37,082 nt of DNA, taken from positions 1 to 37,082 of IMG/VR virus record IMGVR_UViG_3300005077_000054. One strand, written 5' to 3'. Under the pieces are notes generated by a model. That model did not search any database, was not told the origin of the DNA, and was given only the letters and a program-made list of their open reading frames with translations. This DNA comes from a virus. Taxonomy: Duplodnaviria; Caudoviricetes. The position numbers and the translations under genes were made by a program. Position 1 is the first letter of the stretch; each line of letters starts with the position of its first letter. Below, one piece after another: positions 36,226-37,082 of the stretch.

Positions 36226-36435
36226 ATGGCACTCGGAGAAAATGTAAAGAAAGCACGAGAACATGCTGGATTAACTCAAGTTGACTTAGCAAAAAGATTA
36301 CAGGCGTCCCAGAGGACTATAACAGAAATAGAAACAGGAAGGCGTGAACCTTCCGTTAGAACCTTAAAAAAAATAGCTCTTGCGCTCGGAACAACCATTC
36401 AAGAGCTATTCTACACAGAGGAGAAAGTGGCATGA
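36226..36435 (+). CDS. cro: Cro-like HTH protein
   Basis: LTQVDLA...TI.EIETGRREPS; divergent from cI. Confidence 0.88.
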   Translation: MALGENVKKAREHAGLTQVDLAKRLQASQRTITEIETGRREPSVRTLKKIALALGTTIQELFYTEEKVA

Positions 36436-36614
36436 GTAATCCCGTAATTCCAGTATTAGACAAAGAAAACAGAATACATTATATTTACCCGTCACTGTCT
36501 TCAGAAGTAAAATTTCGTTGCATATGTGGTCAACTTATTACGATAACCTGTGATAAAGAAGAGAATTTAATGAATAAAATCGTAACAGAGGAGGTGATTG
36601 AATGGAAAAAATAA
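36432..36614 (+). CDS. Small hypothetical protein
   Basis: ATGA coupling to cro; CICG motif. Confidence 0.55.
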   Translation: MSNPVIPVLDKENRIHYIYPSLSSEVKFRCICGQLITITCDKEENLMNKIVTEEVIEWKK

Positions 36615-36766
36615 GAATTAAAGCACTGAAAAAGTTAAAAAGAGTGCAAAAAGACCTGCAAAAATGCAAGGGACGTGTCGCATCAAAAATCCAGGAGATA
36701 CTTATGGAAGCTCAGAGTTTTCTTATGACTACTGAAAAACAGCAGTTATGCATGAGGCTTAGATAA
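36602..36766 (+). CDS. 54-aa basic hypothetical protein
   Basis: RBS ggaggtg; MEKIRIKALKKLKRVQ... Confidence 0.6.
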   Translation: MEKIRIKALKKLKRVQKDLQKCKGRVASKIQEILMEAQSFLMTTEKQQLCMRLR

Positions 36767-36795
36767 AGAGATAATAAAGAGAGGAGGAGAGAAGG

Positions 36796-36912
36796 GTGTT
36801 TAAAGAGACAAGGGATATAATGGAAACTGCAAAAAAAATTTTAAAAGATTTACGAGAAGCTGTATTTACAATATATGTGTTTTTTTACTGCCAGAGAGCA
36901 GCAGTAACATAA
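36796..36912 (+). CDS. 38-aa hypothetical protein
   Basis: RBS aggagga, GTG start. Confidence 0.4.
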   Translation: MFKETRDIMETAKKILKDLREAVFTIYVFFYCQRAAVT

Positions 36913-37082
36913 ACCCTCTGTCTCTTCTGAGGCCGCCTGGTTCGAAACAGGTGGGTCTCGGAAGGGAAAAGTTGATCTATTTTTTCATTTAATTAAGTCA
37001 CCCTGGGAGCAGGGTTTTTCTCGAAACTTAGCATAATGGCAATGCGGTGGATGCCGGCAATAAAAAGACTACAACCACAGAA

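Larger units (their letters stand above)
1..37082. mobile_element. Temperate siphovirus-like phage genome segment (apparently unintegrated form)
   Basis: Complete packaging, head, tail and lysis modules, serine integrase and cI/cro switch; no host housekeeping genes; lysin directly abuts the integrase. Confidence 0.95.

Overview
The window is about 37 kb of a temperate, long-tailed (siphovirus-like) phage with low GC, strong Shine-Dalgarno sites and sigma-A-type promoters. The host is probably Firmicutes-like or another Prp/L27-extension lineage, but this cannot be settled from the sequence. Gene order: dCMP deaminase, ThyX and deoxynucleoside kinase; late activator and late promoter; terminases; portal; a phage-encoded Prp protease; head; tail with a -1 frameshifted chaperone; tape measure; an atypical tail-tip region; lysis; candidate intact attP; large serine integrase; an accessory region of small genes; cI/cro switch. 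No host DNA lies between lysin and integrase, so this looks like the excised or free form. Best leads: (1) a block of protein-processing or modifying genes inside the tail module, comprising a Hint-domain protein coupled to a glycosyltransferase, a signal-peptide fibre-like protein, an Asp-box propeller protein, an ScmC/HPr-kinase-like protein and an S26 peptidase; (2) a phage Prp with three head proteins carrying the L27-like D(L/I)QLF|(A/S) cleavage motif; (3) an RNA-level regulatory layer in the accessory region, with a GGA-rich leader, recurrent antisense extended -10 promoters with minus-strand hairpins, and an SSB-tail-like peptide next to a Rad52/Sak annealase. All assignments come from manual motif recognition; no searches were run.
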